Of a DNA stretch of 64,000 nt, positions 26,601-40,099 are shown piece after piece. The stretch comes from Takakia lepidozioides. Taxonomy: Eukaryota; Plantae; Bryophyta. Every line of letters begins with the position of its first letter. Position 1 is the stretch's first letter. Location of the stretch: contig CM060732.1 in assembly GCA_030704615.1 (NCBI GenBank), forward strand, positions 52,142,001 through 52,206,000, read 5' to 3'. The notes beneath the pieces were generated by a model. It ran no database searches, was not told where the DNA came from, and was given only the letters and a program-made list of their open reading frames with translations. Made by a program: the position numbers and the translations under genes.

Positions 26601-26901
26601 TGTTTTTTTTTTTCTTAGAAATCCAGGGACCCGCCGTGTGGCGTTTTGTTTTTAATTTTTTAATCATGAAACGGCGCCTGGCCAGCCACGTGGCGAGGTG
26701 CCACGGGTCAGGAAAAACAAAACAAATGGGTTGGGGGGAGGTGGTTTTGAACTCTTGATCTGTCCCATGTGGGTGTGCGTGGCGAGGTGCGACTGGCCAG
26801 TCGCGCCGCGCTGACACGTGGCGGGACGCCACTGGCCTGTCGCGCATTTTCAAGCATAATGCCATTTTTTTTGGGGGGGGGGGAGGGGGGCTGGTGGGCA
26901 C

Positions 26902-26911
26902 CTATATAAAC
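26902..26911 (+). promoter_or_regulatory. TATA box upstream of kinase-like pseudogene
   Basis: CTATATAAA after a G-run and before a pyrimidine-rich leader, ~320 bp upstream of ATG 27228. Confidence 0.45.
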
Positions 26912-27227
26912 CATTCCCCCCTCATTTTCTAATCATTTTTGCCCTTCTTGTGGTGCGGTTCCTCTTGTAGTCCTTTCGGACTTCGTTGCTTGGCACAGCC
27001 AACGGGAGGTGCAAAAGTGATTATTTGGGGGGAGGGGAGAGGTTTTGTCGGTTTTCTATTGGTCAGTCCCACACACTTGTTCATGGTATAATCATCGTGT
27101 CACCATTTTGCCGTTTCCGGATCTCCGGCGGCCTGTTTTTTTGCAGATAATTACGAAGACACCATCCACACGCGTTCATTGCCGTTTTCTGAGGTTTTGG
27201 ATCATGTAGTGGGCAAAGGTTTATACA

Positions 27228-28680
27228 ATGTCGGGGGTTGTGAATTCAAGTTCTGGGGGGGGGTCGTCTGGGGGGCGGAGGAAGAGAAAACGTGCCCACG
27301 GGCGGGATAGCCAGATCAACAAGCTAGACTACCCGGGACCGGATGCCTTGGATATGGTGAAAGAAGTGGTAGTGGATTATTTCAAGAGTAGGGACATGAT
27401 GAGGCTGGAGAGTGCTTGTGTCAGGCATGGATGGGAGGGGTTTCAGATTTTTCAGCAAAATATGGAGAGGAAAATGACAAACGCTTTGGCGGGGGCTAAG
27501 TAAACGGCGGACAGGGACAAGTCGAAGTTCAATCGGTGGATCCAAAGCAGGGCGAAAGACGCCATGTGGAATTTGAGGCAGCTAATGAAGACATGGAAGG
27601 GTAGAACAACCGAGGGTCGAGTGTCATCCGCCGAAGCTAAGTTAATGTGGCGTGTTGAGTGTTGGGCTTGCTCGGCAAGTCAAAATTCACATCGTCGGAC
27701 TAGGGTTATCCCTTGGAAGGCGGGGTCATCGGGCGGGGGAGGCACAACTAGTCTTTATTACCTGAACTCTAGTGCGAAGGTGGTAGAGATTGGCCCTTAC
27801 AAAGAAGGAGGGTATACTAAGGTCCGTCACTGTAGGATTGTTGGCGATTCTAGAATACCCGTTGGGAGCTAACGGGAAAAAAATCCAAGTCCAAACATCC
27901 AAAAAAGGCGTTGAGACAACATAACGACGAGTGTTTGGCAGTGAAGTTCCAGCATCCGGGTGTTATCTCGTATTTTGCTGTGAATGCACGTGAGGTAGAG
28001 GGTTACACTCGCTGGTGGAATAGGGAGACAATACGCGACATGATGAACCTTAACAGAAAATGGGACAACGATTCGGACAACAGGGTGATTTTGGAACAAA
28101 TGGGAACGGAAGTAGAGTTCCAGGAATGCAATCGTTTGCTTCGTTTTCGGAAAGTGCGCTGTAAATTTGCATTGGCACTAGTGTGCATCATGGATGTTGT
28201 CCACAAGAACGGTGTCCTGCACAATCTCCCGACAACATCTTGTTGCATTTTCCAGATGGCACCGAGGAGATCAAGATTGGGGTGTGTGATTAGGGCTTAG
28301 CCACCCCATTGGGCATACGCAAAGCCTCGCCGTACCAGTTTGAAAACCAAAACAAGCTAGACCGGGAACTCGGGAAAAGATGGTGGGTGGAAAAAGATAT
28401 TGCATCGGTTTTCAATGCAAATGTCACCCCCCCCCAGGACATGACGACGGAGGCCTTTGCCGTTGGGAAGATAGCGGTACGAATAAATGGCGGCGCTCAT
28501 TATGATCAAAGTATGTTCCAAGACCAATTTACGGGAGGTTGTTGGCATTCAGTGCTACAAAGGTTGTACGACAACAACAAGAATGAGAGAGTCACATTAA
28601 CCCATGTAATACTTCGGTTCATGGGCAAGCCTTCAATTGGCCTGAGCCGAAAGACGTATATAGGACAGAGTAGACCATAG
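27228..28680 (+). pseudogene. Protein kinase-like pseudogene (intronless, frameshifted)
   Basis: Fragments join to EGGYTKVRHC (Gly-loop), QHPGVISYF, VHKNGVLHN-L-PDNILLH (catalytic loop, Asp deleted), IKIGVCD*GLA (DWG with TGG>TAG), EAFAVGKIA. Confidence 0.7.
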
Positions 28681-29354
28681 TCTCGTAGATATGAGATTTT
28701 TGGCGGTACAATGGCTCTTTTATGAAGACATAACTCAATTTTGATCGTGCATGTAAAAAATAAAGTCCCATTGTAAATACTACATTGCATATGCTCGACC
28801 CTGGCACCTGTCATCGCAACATAAATGGTTTTGTGTACTGGCTCACTGTTTATATTTGTAATGTTCCAAGGTTTCGGATAGGGTTATGAGAAAACGATGT
28901 ATTAGTTCCGTAGGAATTAGACAACAAACGTCTTTTCTCATTCAACTGTGCGACACTACTATGAGATGCATTGATCGGAAAGTAATAGGTGCCCATGCAA
29001 CCTCCGAACGTTTGATATTAGGTCTCTACTTAAACGTGCGGAGGTCGCATGTACACCTATTATTTTTTTATCCATGTCACTCGTGGTAGTGTCACACAGT
29101 TGAATGAGATATGGAACGTTTGTTGTCTAACTCATATGGAGCCAATATATCATTTTCTCAATACCCTGTCAGAAACATTGAAACATTCGCAGTTACAAAT
29201 AGTGCCACAATACACGGCCGGTTTTGTTGAAATGACATTTGTGAGGTTCGAGCGTATGCAATTTATTATTTACAACGAAATTTTATTTACTCGGGGGACC
29301 GGTACTGCTGTTGGAGCGCAACTGATGGTGTGAGTTCTTTATTGATTGAAACTG

Positions 29355-29735
29355 TCACAACCAATGTCAACAATCATATTTACGGTGAGGTGTTTCATGC
29401 TATTATTGTTCCTCTAGCTGAATTCTGTAGTACCTTTTTTGCTATTCCCATGCCAACGTCATCCGAGACTGTCATGTTCAAACGGACGTATCAGCCACCC
29501 CGACCAGCTTGCAGGCTGCAGCCATGGCCCACCGTAAATTGAATGAATTGGAGATTTTGTGCGAAGTTCCTGGTTTCATGTCCGTGGTGGCTGATACGGA
29601 AATCGGAACATGGCAGTCGCAGTGGACCTGATGTTGTTGGCATGGGAGTAGCAAAACGATTCCTAAATAATTCAGCTACATGAACATCGACAGCATGAAA
29701 CACCTTGCAGTACATATGATTCTTGAGATTGTTTG
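29355..29735. repeat. Diverged inverted repeat (~125-bp arms)
   Basis: aatcatatttacggtgaggtgtttcatgc...gctattcccatgccaac (29372-29457) is the approximate reverse complement of gttggcatgggagtagc...gcatgaaacaccttgcagtacatatgatt (29636-29721). Confidence 0.75.
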
Positions 29736-30389
29736 CACGGATTATTAGTGTTTGTGCTTTCAAGTGGCGAACATTTCCGCCATGGTGCGGAAGAGGTGCA
29801 TTGGCCACATTAAACGGTTGATGTGATACCATTTCACAAATGTATAGCCATATGCAACGTGCGTGCCAAATTTGGGAGTGATCAAAATTCATTTAGACCC
29901 AAAACCACAGTTTTCTTCACTGTTTTGCACTCCAAACTTGATTTGTGTTCTACTTCATGCACTCTTCATAGAAAGTTCTGCAATAGTGAACGAAGAGAAC
30001 ACTTTTTTTTTTGGGCATTTTTTATTGGTCCAAATTTTTGCGGGGAAGTAGCGGTGGGATGCTGGAAGCCGCAGAACAAAATTGAGCCAAAAACAAAATC
30101 GATACGTGCCAGAAACCCCCAATGAAAGGCAGTGCAAACCTATTTATTGGCTTAAAATAAATTTAAATTCAATTAAATTGTGGAATGGCTTGAGGGGGGA
30201 GTGCGACAATGGGGAGGCAAATGATTTATTCGTCTGTTGTGTCCCCGCACATATGTTGCACACATGTTCAAGCACATGCGGGCAAAAGAGGGGCTTCAAC
30301 CACATCCGTTCAATGGGAGCAATAGGCGTGCACGCATTGCAGGATTTCTTTTTCGCATTGAACAAAAACCAGATGACAAGTAAACGCCT

Positions 30390-31740
30390 CATTGGACAAT
30401 CGAACGAATTTCGATTGATCTCGTATTACACTGGGACATATCAGATGGTACATTGAAGACACTGGCCAAGTTTCAAAGCGAACGAAAATCATTTGGATGG
30501 GCAACCATCCGTTGGCCCATTGAACGAATTTCGATTGATCTCATATTACTCTGGGGCCTCTTACATGACACATTGAATATAGTGGCCAAGTCTTAAAGCG
30601 AACCAAAATCGTTTCGATGGCCAACCATCCGTTGAGCCATCGAATGAATTTCGATTGATCTCATATTAGTCCGGGACCTGATACATGGTATATTGAACAT
30701 AGTGGCAAAGAATGAAAGCAAACGAAAATCATTTGGATGGGCAACCATTCAATCGCCCATTGAATGAATGGGGTTTCGTCTTCGATTATAACCTGTTACA
30801 TGGTATGCCCTTTGAAGCTTTTTTTTGTAGTGCCTCATGCCTCGTAATGCGGTGCTTCTCCATGTCCACTTTATCCCATATGTTGATATTCTCCACCTGG
30901 AACAGATCCACATATATGTGCAGAAATCCTTAAAAAAACAAATGACCATCTCTATTTTTATAAGCCTCATCCCCAGCTTCCAGTTTTGATGGTCATTTGG
31001 TTTTTTAAGTCTTTATATACGCATGTGTGGATATGTTCCAGATGGAAGATATTAACATTGGAAAAATAAGAGTTGGAGAAGCACCTCATTACGAAGCAAG
31101 AGACATTACATAAGACCTCAGTATGTTGAACATCTGGATAAAGAACCTTGCCCATCGTCGCTTCAAAGTTCTAGCGCTTCTGAAATGATCACATGTCTGT
31201 TGGTGGAAACAGATCTCGTAGGCCACATTGATCTCGTACCCATCGAAGACTCCCGTAGGCCATATGGAACGATTTATGTGATACATTTGCCCATTCAAAA
31301 ACGGAATGAAAAAAAAATCGTGAGCACACGAAACACAATCCAACAAGTCCCAAAGCAATAGCAGATCCAACGGAATACATTCAACGGGTGAACGGATGGT
31401 TGCCCATCCAAATCATTTTTGTTAGCTTCCAAACTTTGCCAGCACGTTTGAGACACCCTCTCACAGGTCCCGGACTAATATGAGATCAATCGAAATTCAT
31501 TTGATGGCTCAATGGATGGTTGGCCATTGAAATGATTTTGGTTCGTTTTGAGACTTGGCCATTATGTTCAATGTGCCATGTAAGAGGGCCCAGAGTAATA
31601 TGTAAAATCAATCGAAATTCGTTCAATGGGCCAACGGATGGTTGCCCATCCAAATGATTTTCGTTCCCTTTGAAACTTGGCCATTGTGTTCAATGTACCC
31701 TCTGATACGTCCCAATGTAATTATGAGATCCATCGAAATT
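30390..31740. repeat. Nested foldback: outer arms of ~3 tandem ~120-bp units each, inner arms 30825-30950 / 30988-31110, ~37-nt loop
   Basis: gaatttcgattgatctc...ggccaag...aaaatcatttggatgggcaaccatcc repeats at 30406/30526/30646 and in reverse complement at 31390-31740; aaatgaccatc pairs with gatggtcattt around 30969. Confidence 0.85.
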
Positions 31741-32188
31741 ATTTTGTGTTTTGAAAACTTTGTGGGTATTTTCATAGAAAGATCATAGATTTTGCGAAAT
31801 GATTATGAAATACGCACGGACCAGGCGAAATTTGTTTGGAAGACGACCGTTCGTAACTCGTTATAACTTATTGGTTAACATCAATTTTCCTTGTTCTCCA
31901 GCTTTCGGAGTTCATTGCAAATACCCACATACACGTCATGACCAAATATGACACCATTGTAAATTTGTTTACAAGGTGAACTACTTCTTCCCCATCGCAC
32001 GAGTGTAAATGTGAAGAAAACGCTGCTCATGCAATTGAAATTGGCATGTGCCGCACATGTGCATTGTGTATTAACAAAATTGGTGATATACAAACTTGGC
32101 GGAATGCCATCACTGTGTTTTCCAACAATATTCAAGGTACAACAAAAATGCATATTGTATATGTACTACGCTGCCAGTCATTAAAAGC

Positions 32189-34501
32189 CTAGTTGTCACT
32201 GTCCGAGAACAAGAAATTTGATGATGTGGCTTGATTTGCACTGCAAATTGCTAGAGCTTGCGACCGTGATCTCGTGGTCAATGAGGGGCCCAATGGCATG
32301 TGATCGATTCTGGCCTGCATCCGCTTACTTCGCGACGAAAGTTGACTTTCTTCTTCACTCTCACGACGTGGCGGAGGTGGATCAAGAACAAGTGCTCGGG
32401 CTGCATGCAAATCGGCAACGAGGCCGTCCACATCCGGCAATACAACCCCCGAACACGATGATAACGGTCTGTCCATAGTCGCCTCCATTTCTCTACAACT
32501 GCCTTGATGGTACTTTTGAAACTTTCCAACTGCCTCTCACGGGCCCTGTCCCTAATCATTGTGTCGTTTCCACGATAAGCCGCCTCGTACGCATCATTCA
32601 TTCGGCGTTGACATATTATAGCATATTCTAGTTCGGACAGCAACAAATGTCTCACAATCGGTTGTCGGTCATACAGTTCGTTCTCCTCTTGAAACCTGTG
32701 GGAGCCGGATAAACCTGGACCTTCTTTGACTCCAATGCCATCCCAGATTGCGGCAAAACTGCTATCTCTCCCACCAATCTCGAATGTCTCCTGCACGTAT
32801 GGTTATCTCCCAGTCAGATGTGACCCAGAAATACCAGGGATCTTTAATGTATGTCAGGTTTCCGGCATGTATGCCATGCATCTCTCTGTCTGCATCCCAT
32901 ACCAAGTTTTTGCCCCAATGCACACAATTCAGAAATGTGTATGATAGTCCATCCAATGGGAGGTTGTGTCGATTGTATTCAAAACCTATAGGCATCCGAT
33001 CCTCCAAGCCCACCAGCTCATCGAAACGGCGATGGATTGGTGTACGACATTCTGGGCAAGCGTTCGTCCGCAAGGCTTGCGGGATAAGACATGTGAGATG
33101 GAATATATGTTTACATGATCCAAACACATGACATCCCTCTGGGCCGTATGGATTCCTACACATCGAACAAACTGTGTCATTTGATATCCATGACGGCAAA
33201 ACGTCTTGTGGTATCTCCTCCCTCTGGGCCGGTTTGATGTGGCTGGTCATCATAGCTGTGGTGTCCCACTCTTCCTCTATCTCCAATTCCCAGTTTATGC
33301 TTCTATTAGACCCCGAAATTCTGTGCTTAAATCGATCGAACATAGAATCCATATCTGCCCCATTGGTATACCTGACGAACACGCTTGATGCGATGCGGAG
33401 ATCGTTATACTTTTGCATGTTGGCATAAATGTTATTCACGCTACGGTTCGACATGCGTGCGACACGTTGCAAGCCTGATAGTGCCCGCTCTACCGGTGCT
33501 TCTCTGGAGGCCAAATGGGTCGCCCATTGTACCCAATTCTCCCAATCGTCATTCAATGGGACCCATGCCCGAATCTCCAGCGTTTTGGATAAGCGCCATG
33601 CAGTTGCCATGACAATGTCCCGCTCCTTTGTAACGCGGTCGACATCTAAGATCGGGTTCATCTCCGATTGAATGGCGACCCTCGAGTTCCCTGGTTTCCA
33701 GTACTGGTTCTTTTCCTTTCCTCCTTCTCTCATCTGCAATTCGCTGTTCCTCAACCATGGTTTCATCGGCCACAGGGTCAAGGACGTCCGTAATTTCCTG
33801 AATGATGAGGTCAATACTGCGATCGGGCATCGCAAACTCCGCGTCCATGTCCACGACGTTTGTTCGATCCTCATTGTGGACAACAGTGCCTTCATTGTTT
33901 GGAGGCATGTCTTGCAATCTAGCTTCTAATTTGGCTATGCGTAGTGTTTGCCAGTCTAGTCGGTCCTGCAGGGTCCTAATTCGCTGGTCTCTTTCCGCCA
34001 GTTGTTCCTCTAACGTTGCAGCCGGTTGTATTCCGAATGTGTCCGGGATGTGCTTCAAATCGTATAGCAACCTTGCGTTCCTTCTACTAGCAGTTTGCCA
34101 ATTCACTGGACGCAAGAGTATGTCCTCCACGTACAACATGACTGCCAAGGTATACGAGATTTGACCATTTAAGAGAGGTTGACCCCACAATGTGCAATGC
34201 ACTTTATTCGCCCTATGCTGGAAATGCAAGTTCGTGCAAGACTTGGACTCTGCGTAATTGTTTCGGGTTTGCACGTCATGCCTATCCAAAGGCCACAATC
34301 GATTGATGTTGTACCATTTCACGAATTTTTGCATTTCGTCATCGGCCACCGGAACTCTTCCGGAACATCTTCCCAGCCCTCTTCTGCTAGTATGTTAGGG
34401 TCACCATATACTTCCCAATTCAAGTCTTGCCTTGACTCTTTGATTTTCTTAGGGGGCGGTCCATGTTCATTGGGGTCATCTCTTCCATGTTGGAGCAACA
34501 T
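32189..34501 (-). pseudogene. Large intronless pseudogene: N-terminal unknown domain + coiled coil + RING-H2 finger (putative E3 ligase)
   Basis: Overlapping ORFs 34319-34501, 33549-34349 (LEEQLAERDQRIRTLQDRL coiled coil), 32762-33895 (CSMC...CKHIFHLTCL...CPEC, C3H2C3), 32278-32796, 32189-32488 joined by frameshifts. Confidence 0.7.
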
Positions 34502-34844
34502 TAAACGAGGTTTTCTAATAAGACGTAATCTAAACCCTTCCCCCGTTAAATAGGTTTAAGTAGGTGTCAAAATAGTTCCTAAAAGCTAATATTGTAGAAT
34601 AAAATGATCATGGAAGCCAGAGGAGGGCCTATGGGAGCATTCTACAACGACCTCACAGAAATCGCGGCAAAAAATATCCCTCACCCAACCAATGGCCTCT
34701 TTCTCCACGTGACTACGTGTCCTGGAATAATGAAATGTCACGCACACAGAAGTTGTGTGGAGAGGAAGTGAGAGGAGAATGAGCCTCCTTTGGCTTATAT
34801 CCCCCCTCCCTATTCCTCGGGTCACGTGTAGGGCGAATCTTCTA

Positions 34845-35860
34845 GAAGCGACCGCCAACTTGGCGGTCGCTCCATTTTCCAGAAAATAAAAAAATAAGTG
34901 ACCACCAGAACTGGCAGTTGCTCCATTTTTCGGATTAAAAAAAAACTGCAACCGCCAGAACTGGCGGTCGCTCCATTTTCCGAAAATAAAATAAATAAGC
35001 GACCGCCAACATAGGCGGTCGCTTCATTTTCAAAAAAATTAAAATAAAAGCGACCGCCAGTATTGGCGGTCGCTTGATTTTCAAAACAATTAAAATAAAA
35101 GCGACCGCCAATAGTGGCGGTCACTGGATTTACAAAAAACAAAACAATTGCGGCGACCGCCCGTAATGGCGGTCGCTCGATTTTCCTCCAAAATATAGAG
35201 AAGCGACCGCCTGTAATGGCGGTCACTTCATTTTCAAAAATATTTAAATAAAAGAGACTGTCAGTAATGGCGGTCGCTTCATTTTCATTTTCAAAACAAT
35301 TAAAATAAAAGCGACCACCACAAATGGCGGTCGCTGCAATTACAAAAAACAACACTACCAGCAACCGCCCCTAATGGCGGTCGCTCCATTTTCCTCCAAG
35401 AAACAAAAAAAGCGACCGCCAGTAACGGCGGTCGCTTCATTTCCAAAATAATTAAAATAAAAGCGACTGCCAGTAATGGTGGTCGCTTCATTTAAAAAAT
35501 AATTAAAATAAAAACGACCGCCAGTAATGGCAGTCGTCCCATTTCCAAAAATAAAAAATAAAAACGACCGCCAGTAATGGCGGTCACTGCATTTTAAAAA
35601 ATAACCATTATAGCGGCCGCCAAAAATGGCGGTCACTGCATTTTGTAAAAACAAAAACTGCCAGTAATGGAAGTGAGGGGAGAATGACTGGGGGCTTATA
35701 TCCCCCCCCCCCCCGCCCGCCTCATTCCTCGCTCCACGCGCAGGGCAGACCTCGTAGAAGCGACCGCCACAAATGGCGGTCGCTCCATTTTCCAGTCGTT
35801 CCAAATGGCGGTCGCCAAATAAAATAAAATAAATGACCGCCAGTAATGGCGGTCACTGCA
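34845..35860. repeat. Second array of ~18-20 GCGACCGCC/GGCGGTCGC palindromes, ~51-bp period, with a duplicated minus-strand TATA segment
   Basis: Same motif as 25870-26600; ggcttatatcccccc...attcctcg...tagaagcgaccgcc occurs at ~34792 and ~35693. Confidence 0.9.
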
Positions 35861-35884
35861 TTTATAAAAAAAAAAAAAAAAAAA

Positions 35885-38800
35885 CTTCAAGCGACCCCGA
35901 GTACCCAGGGTTAAGGGAAGTTGGCCAAATATTGAACGTTCTGTTTGTCATGAAGCAGAACCAACAGTACCTTAGCATATCATTCACGGAGAAGATACTG
36001 AAAGCCTTGAGGGGAGAGGATGTGGTTTGGGCAGAGTTGATGTACAATGGTCTGGTGGAAGAGATGAAGCGGTTACAGGGCACTGCTGCTAAGTCTCCGA
36101 TCATTGTATCTGGCCCAATAATTGCGCAAATTATTCTTGACTCTTGTTTGCTTAATGCACCTGAACGCAAGGAGATGGGAGTGTTTGAGACAACAACCAT
36201 TGCAATTGAGGAGCAGGGCTCTTCACACGGTGAAGGAGGATTGGAGGGGTAGCACCAGTCCAAGAGACAGAAGCGGGATATGACTGTAGTGTCAGATCCA
36301 CTAGCTTCAAGGAAACCGCAGGATGATGTTTCCATAGCTCTTGTACAGCATGAAGAACACCAACACGGGGGGTTGTTATTGCTGGAGGCACGACCTTTGG
36401 AGAGGGAGGAAGAAGTCACCTCAGTACCACAGCCACCACAGCCAATTGACTCAGTTGTTCAAGGGGTCACTCAGTTAGTACATGTTGTTACACCAAGCCT
36501 ATTGTTATGGAAGAAGAAGGGTTGGACATCCCCACTACAGAGCAGGTAGTGGCAGAAATTGAGAAGGGTGACCTTCTCTATGAAAACTCTGGCTTGGTCA
36601 GGGAACCAGTGGACCTACCAAAGATGCAGAGTTTGACAAAGGAAATCCCTGCTGTGCATGTGATGCCCGAACCTGTGGAGGAGATTCCAGGGGTAGAATG
36701 TAAGGGCACTCCAACACATGTGGAGAATGAGGTCGTTCAGGAAGAAGATCTTGTGGGAACATGGCCTGAATGGTTGGTGAAATATCACACTGTGGAGAAT
36801 CAGGAGGACCATCAACAAGTTTCCCATGAGGACCCACAGCAGGCCATGCTTATGAGTTCCATCAGTAGGACTCTCAACCTGTTGGGCACTTATGTGAAAT
36901 CCCATGTTCTTTCCACGCATCTGGCAGCCTTGAGGGAGGAGCTCAAGCAGGAGTTTGAGGCAAGAATTGTCACTGAGTGTGCAAATAAGGTGGATGTGGA
37001 GGCCAACCTTAAGTTGCAGAAAGAGTTGGAGAACACGAAGGCTGCCCTGCAGCTAGCAAAGGGGAATCTGATTGAAGCGGGTCTGGAGCAGGAGAAGTTG
37101 CATGAAGTGCATAAGCAGCAGTTATACCAGTTGCAAGTGAAGCATGAGGGTAAATTGCAGGAAGTGAAGTTGCTTCATACTGAGTTAGAGGTAGTTCATC
37201 AGAAAATGACTATCCAATGTGCCTCACTAACAACTACTCTGGAGAACACTGCATTAGAAGTTAACAAACAAGCAGAGAGATGTATGATGGTGGAGGCTGA
37301 GACAGTGGAGCAAGGAAAACTCATTGCTGACTTGAATGCTACTATCTGTCACAATGAGGATACTTTTCAATAGTTCAGTCAGGTTGAGGCTGAGAAGGAC
37401 AGGTACATCTTGGAGTTGCAGCAAATACTCACGTCACGAAAGAATGAGCTTTCTGTGACTACCAAGGCTTGGAAGGAAGCCAATAATCTGTCTGTTGCCT
37501 ATGCAGCCCTGGTTGAACCTCATGCGAAGCGCATGGAGGCTTTGCAGCAGCAGTTAGAAATGTACAGACTCAAGGAGCAGCAGGCTCTCAGGGGTGCTAT
37601 ACAGGACTTGGTGGATAATCATCTTATGCAAGTATGGTTAACACAAGGGCCGGTGGAAGGGAAGGCACCAAGAAAGCTTACCCAGGGGGAAATGAATGAT
37701 CTCAGGTTGCAAGTGCAAAACATTGCCACAACCACTATAGACAATGTCTATAGTAGAATATCTGAGTTACAGGAGGATGTGGAAGGGCTACAGACTCAAG
37801 TGGATGACTTGAGCTCCAACATTGATAAAAGAGTCTTTGTTCCTAAGGAAGAGCTGGGGCTGCTTATTTGCATGCAAGGACTTTGATTTTCTAATCTTCG
37901 TCACAGGAGGTGCAAGACTTGCCAACAACAGGAGGGACAGTGGTGCCAAACTCACAGTAACCACAGCAGGTCGACATTGTTGATACCATGGCCCTGCAGC
38001 AATCTGAGGTTTGGGGGGATGTTGCTTTTAACCCACCTAGAACTCCTACTGCACTTGAGTACAATCGGGCTATGATTATGCCTTTCAACCAAATTCCCAT
38101 TGTTATGGATTTGGCTTGGAAGGAATTCAGTCCTCCACAGTTTTTGGCACATTATTACCAGATCATGCGCATTTGGTTGCCAGTGGCAACTCGGACTAAG
38201 GTTCTTCCGAACAATCGACCCATTGAGGATCATCATTTTGCAAGGTACTGGTCTGAGGCAGGCACCATGCTGAAGGAATTAATTGCCTTCCAGGTTGTTC
38301 ATTGATACTTCTACACCAAGACCAAGGAGGTATCTAGTTTGGTCATGGGCTGTGGATTATACTATGCTGCTTGTTTCATTGCACGTTATCACATTGAGCA
38401 GCAGCAGATGGAGTCAAGATTTCTGAGTTATTCCATTGGGGATCATTGGGTCTTACCTTCAGTTCCACCCCATATGTATCTGTATGATGTGAAAGTCATG
38501 TTGCAGAAGGACTCCCAACTTCGTTCATGGTTTAATTTGGCTTGGACCAATTTGACCAAAGAAAAATTGGGCCCTGACGATATTTTTTATAAGGGACATG
38601 AAGCCTGGAAATACTTACACTGTTCCAAAGTCATTGGCACACCTCTCACCTATACGGACAAGAAATTCAGGGAGTACACTAATTTTGCTTACAAGCGATT
38701 GATGCAAGTAGTACAGTTTAAGCTGCCAGACATGGTGGGCCAACACTGTATGCCACGCAGGATTCCCGAGAAGGTTAGGGCACCGAAAGTCCACAGGGGG

Positions 38801-39112
38801 GGAAGATGATTATAATACTACTGGTTCTGTGGAGGGTAGTTTTGACATGGCCGAGGACTATGCACTACAAATGGCAGAGAAGAAACAACGGGGATCTCAT
38901 ATGCCTGAGAAGTTACCTCGTTATCAACCAAAGGAGGGTCAGACATTTCCATTTGGTGACCAATCATCTCCACCAGCCAGTGACAGGGTTCGGGCTCGCA
39001 CATAGAGCCCTCCAAGGGATTCTCACCAACAGAAGGGTGCTCGCTCACAAAGGTTTGCTGATCCTAAACAGTAAACCGTGAGGACACGACTTTTTGAGAG
39101 GAGGAGGGGTAA
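35885..39112 (+). mobile_element. 3' internal region of a gypsy-like LTR retrotransposon with a long degenerate extra ORF (coiled-coil) and polypurine tract
   Basis: ORF chain 35885-39081 (VVWAELMYNGL...GPIIAQI; long heptad region 36930-37830) interrupted by stops; GAGGACACGACTTTTTGAGAGGAGGAGGGGTAA PPT right before TG at 39113. No gag/pol present in the window. Confidence 0.6.
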
Positions 39113-39981
39113 TGTTAGATGACTGTCTGGGACTTAGACACTTTTATGGGCTCTGTGGGGTATCCTTAATTTTTGCGTAAACTTGCAGATGGTAGACTTA
39201 GACCGACACAGGCCTTAGGGGTGGTAGACAGACTCACACAGTCAATCACGGGCTGACACAACTTAACACAGCCCTACACAGTTTGTCACAGTCTATCATA
39301 GCCCGACACAGCTTATCACAACCTATCACAGTCAGTCGCAGTCTATCACAGTCTATCACAGTCTACCACAGTACGACACAGCCCGACACAGTCCGACACA
39401 GCCAGTCACAGCTTGGCACAGTCACAGCCCGACACAGCTTGGCACAGCCCGTCACAACGTTCATAGGGAACGGTTATCATTGGCAGGGAACGACTGTGTG
39501 GGAACGACATCTAAAGGGGGAACGTGCTTACTTCTTGGGTGACAGTTAGTTAGTTAGGCGGTTAGAACAGCTTGAAGATAAATTAAGCAGAGCAGTAACA
39601 TGGAGGACACTTCTCAGGGGAGCACTTTTTGGTCATGAGTAGAGGAGATCAGGCGGAGAGCACGAACTGGAGCAAGGATGGAGAGCACGGTGAAAGAGGA
39701 GAGACAATATGTAGATGCTTGATACATGCAAAGCTGTAGAGTATACTGTGAGTAGATTAGAGACACCATGGCTTCGGCCTGTAACTTGATATAAATTAAT
39801 CTGATACAAACTCCATACTCACACTGTGTAGAGAGACTTAAGGGAAGCTGTGGAATGAATGGAAGAGTGATCGGAACCTGGAAGATTGCTAAAGCAATCT
39901 GATGCTTTAATATAAACGGTAAGATAATTTGCTGATATGAAGGCAAGGAAGAATACAAACATGAAGCACTACCATGTTACA
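39113..39981 (+). mobile_element. 3' LTR (TGT...ACA) with internal ~10-bp CACAG(T/C)C tandem repeats (39230-39455)
   Basis: Starts TGTTAG after PPT, ends TGTTACA; the right boundary is inferred. Confidence 0.65.
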
Positions 39982-40099
39982 CTAGCTGTAGGTCATGACT
40001 GATTGTTGTGAGCGTGTTGAGTGCTTAGAGATATCCAACTCTTCTATCTTGGAGTTTCCACCTTGGATAGCGAAGGGATAGGTGAGTAAAAGCCGCTCG

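Noticed and set aside
25870-35860. CRISPR/REP interpretation of the GCGACCGCC arrays
   Set aside because: Spacers are low-complexity A/T tracts, repeats are variable, and no cas or RAYT genes are present.
34586-35890. ORFs with ATAITGGRF repeats
   Set aside because: Artefacts of the palindrome array.
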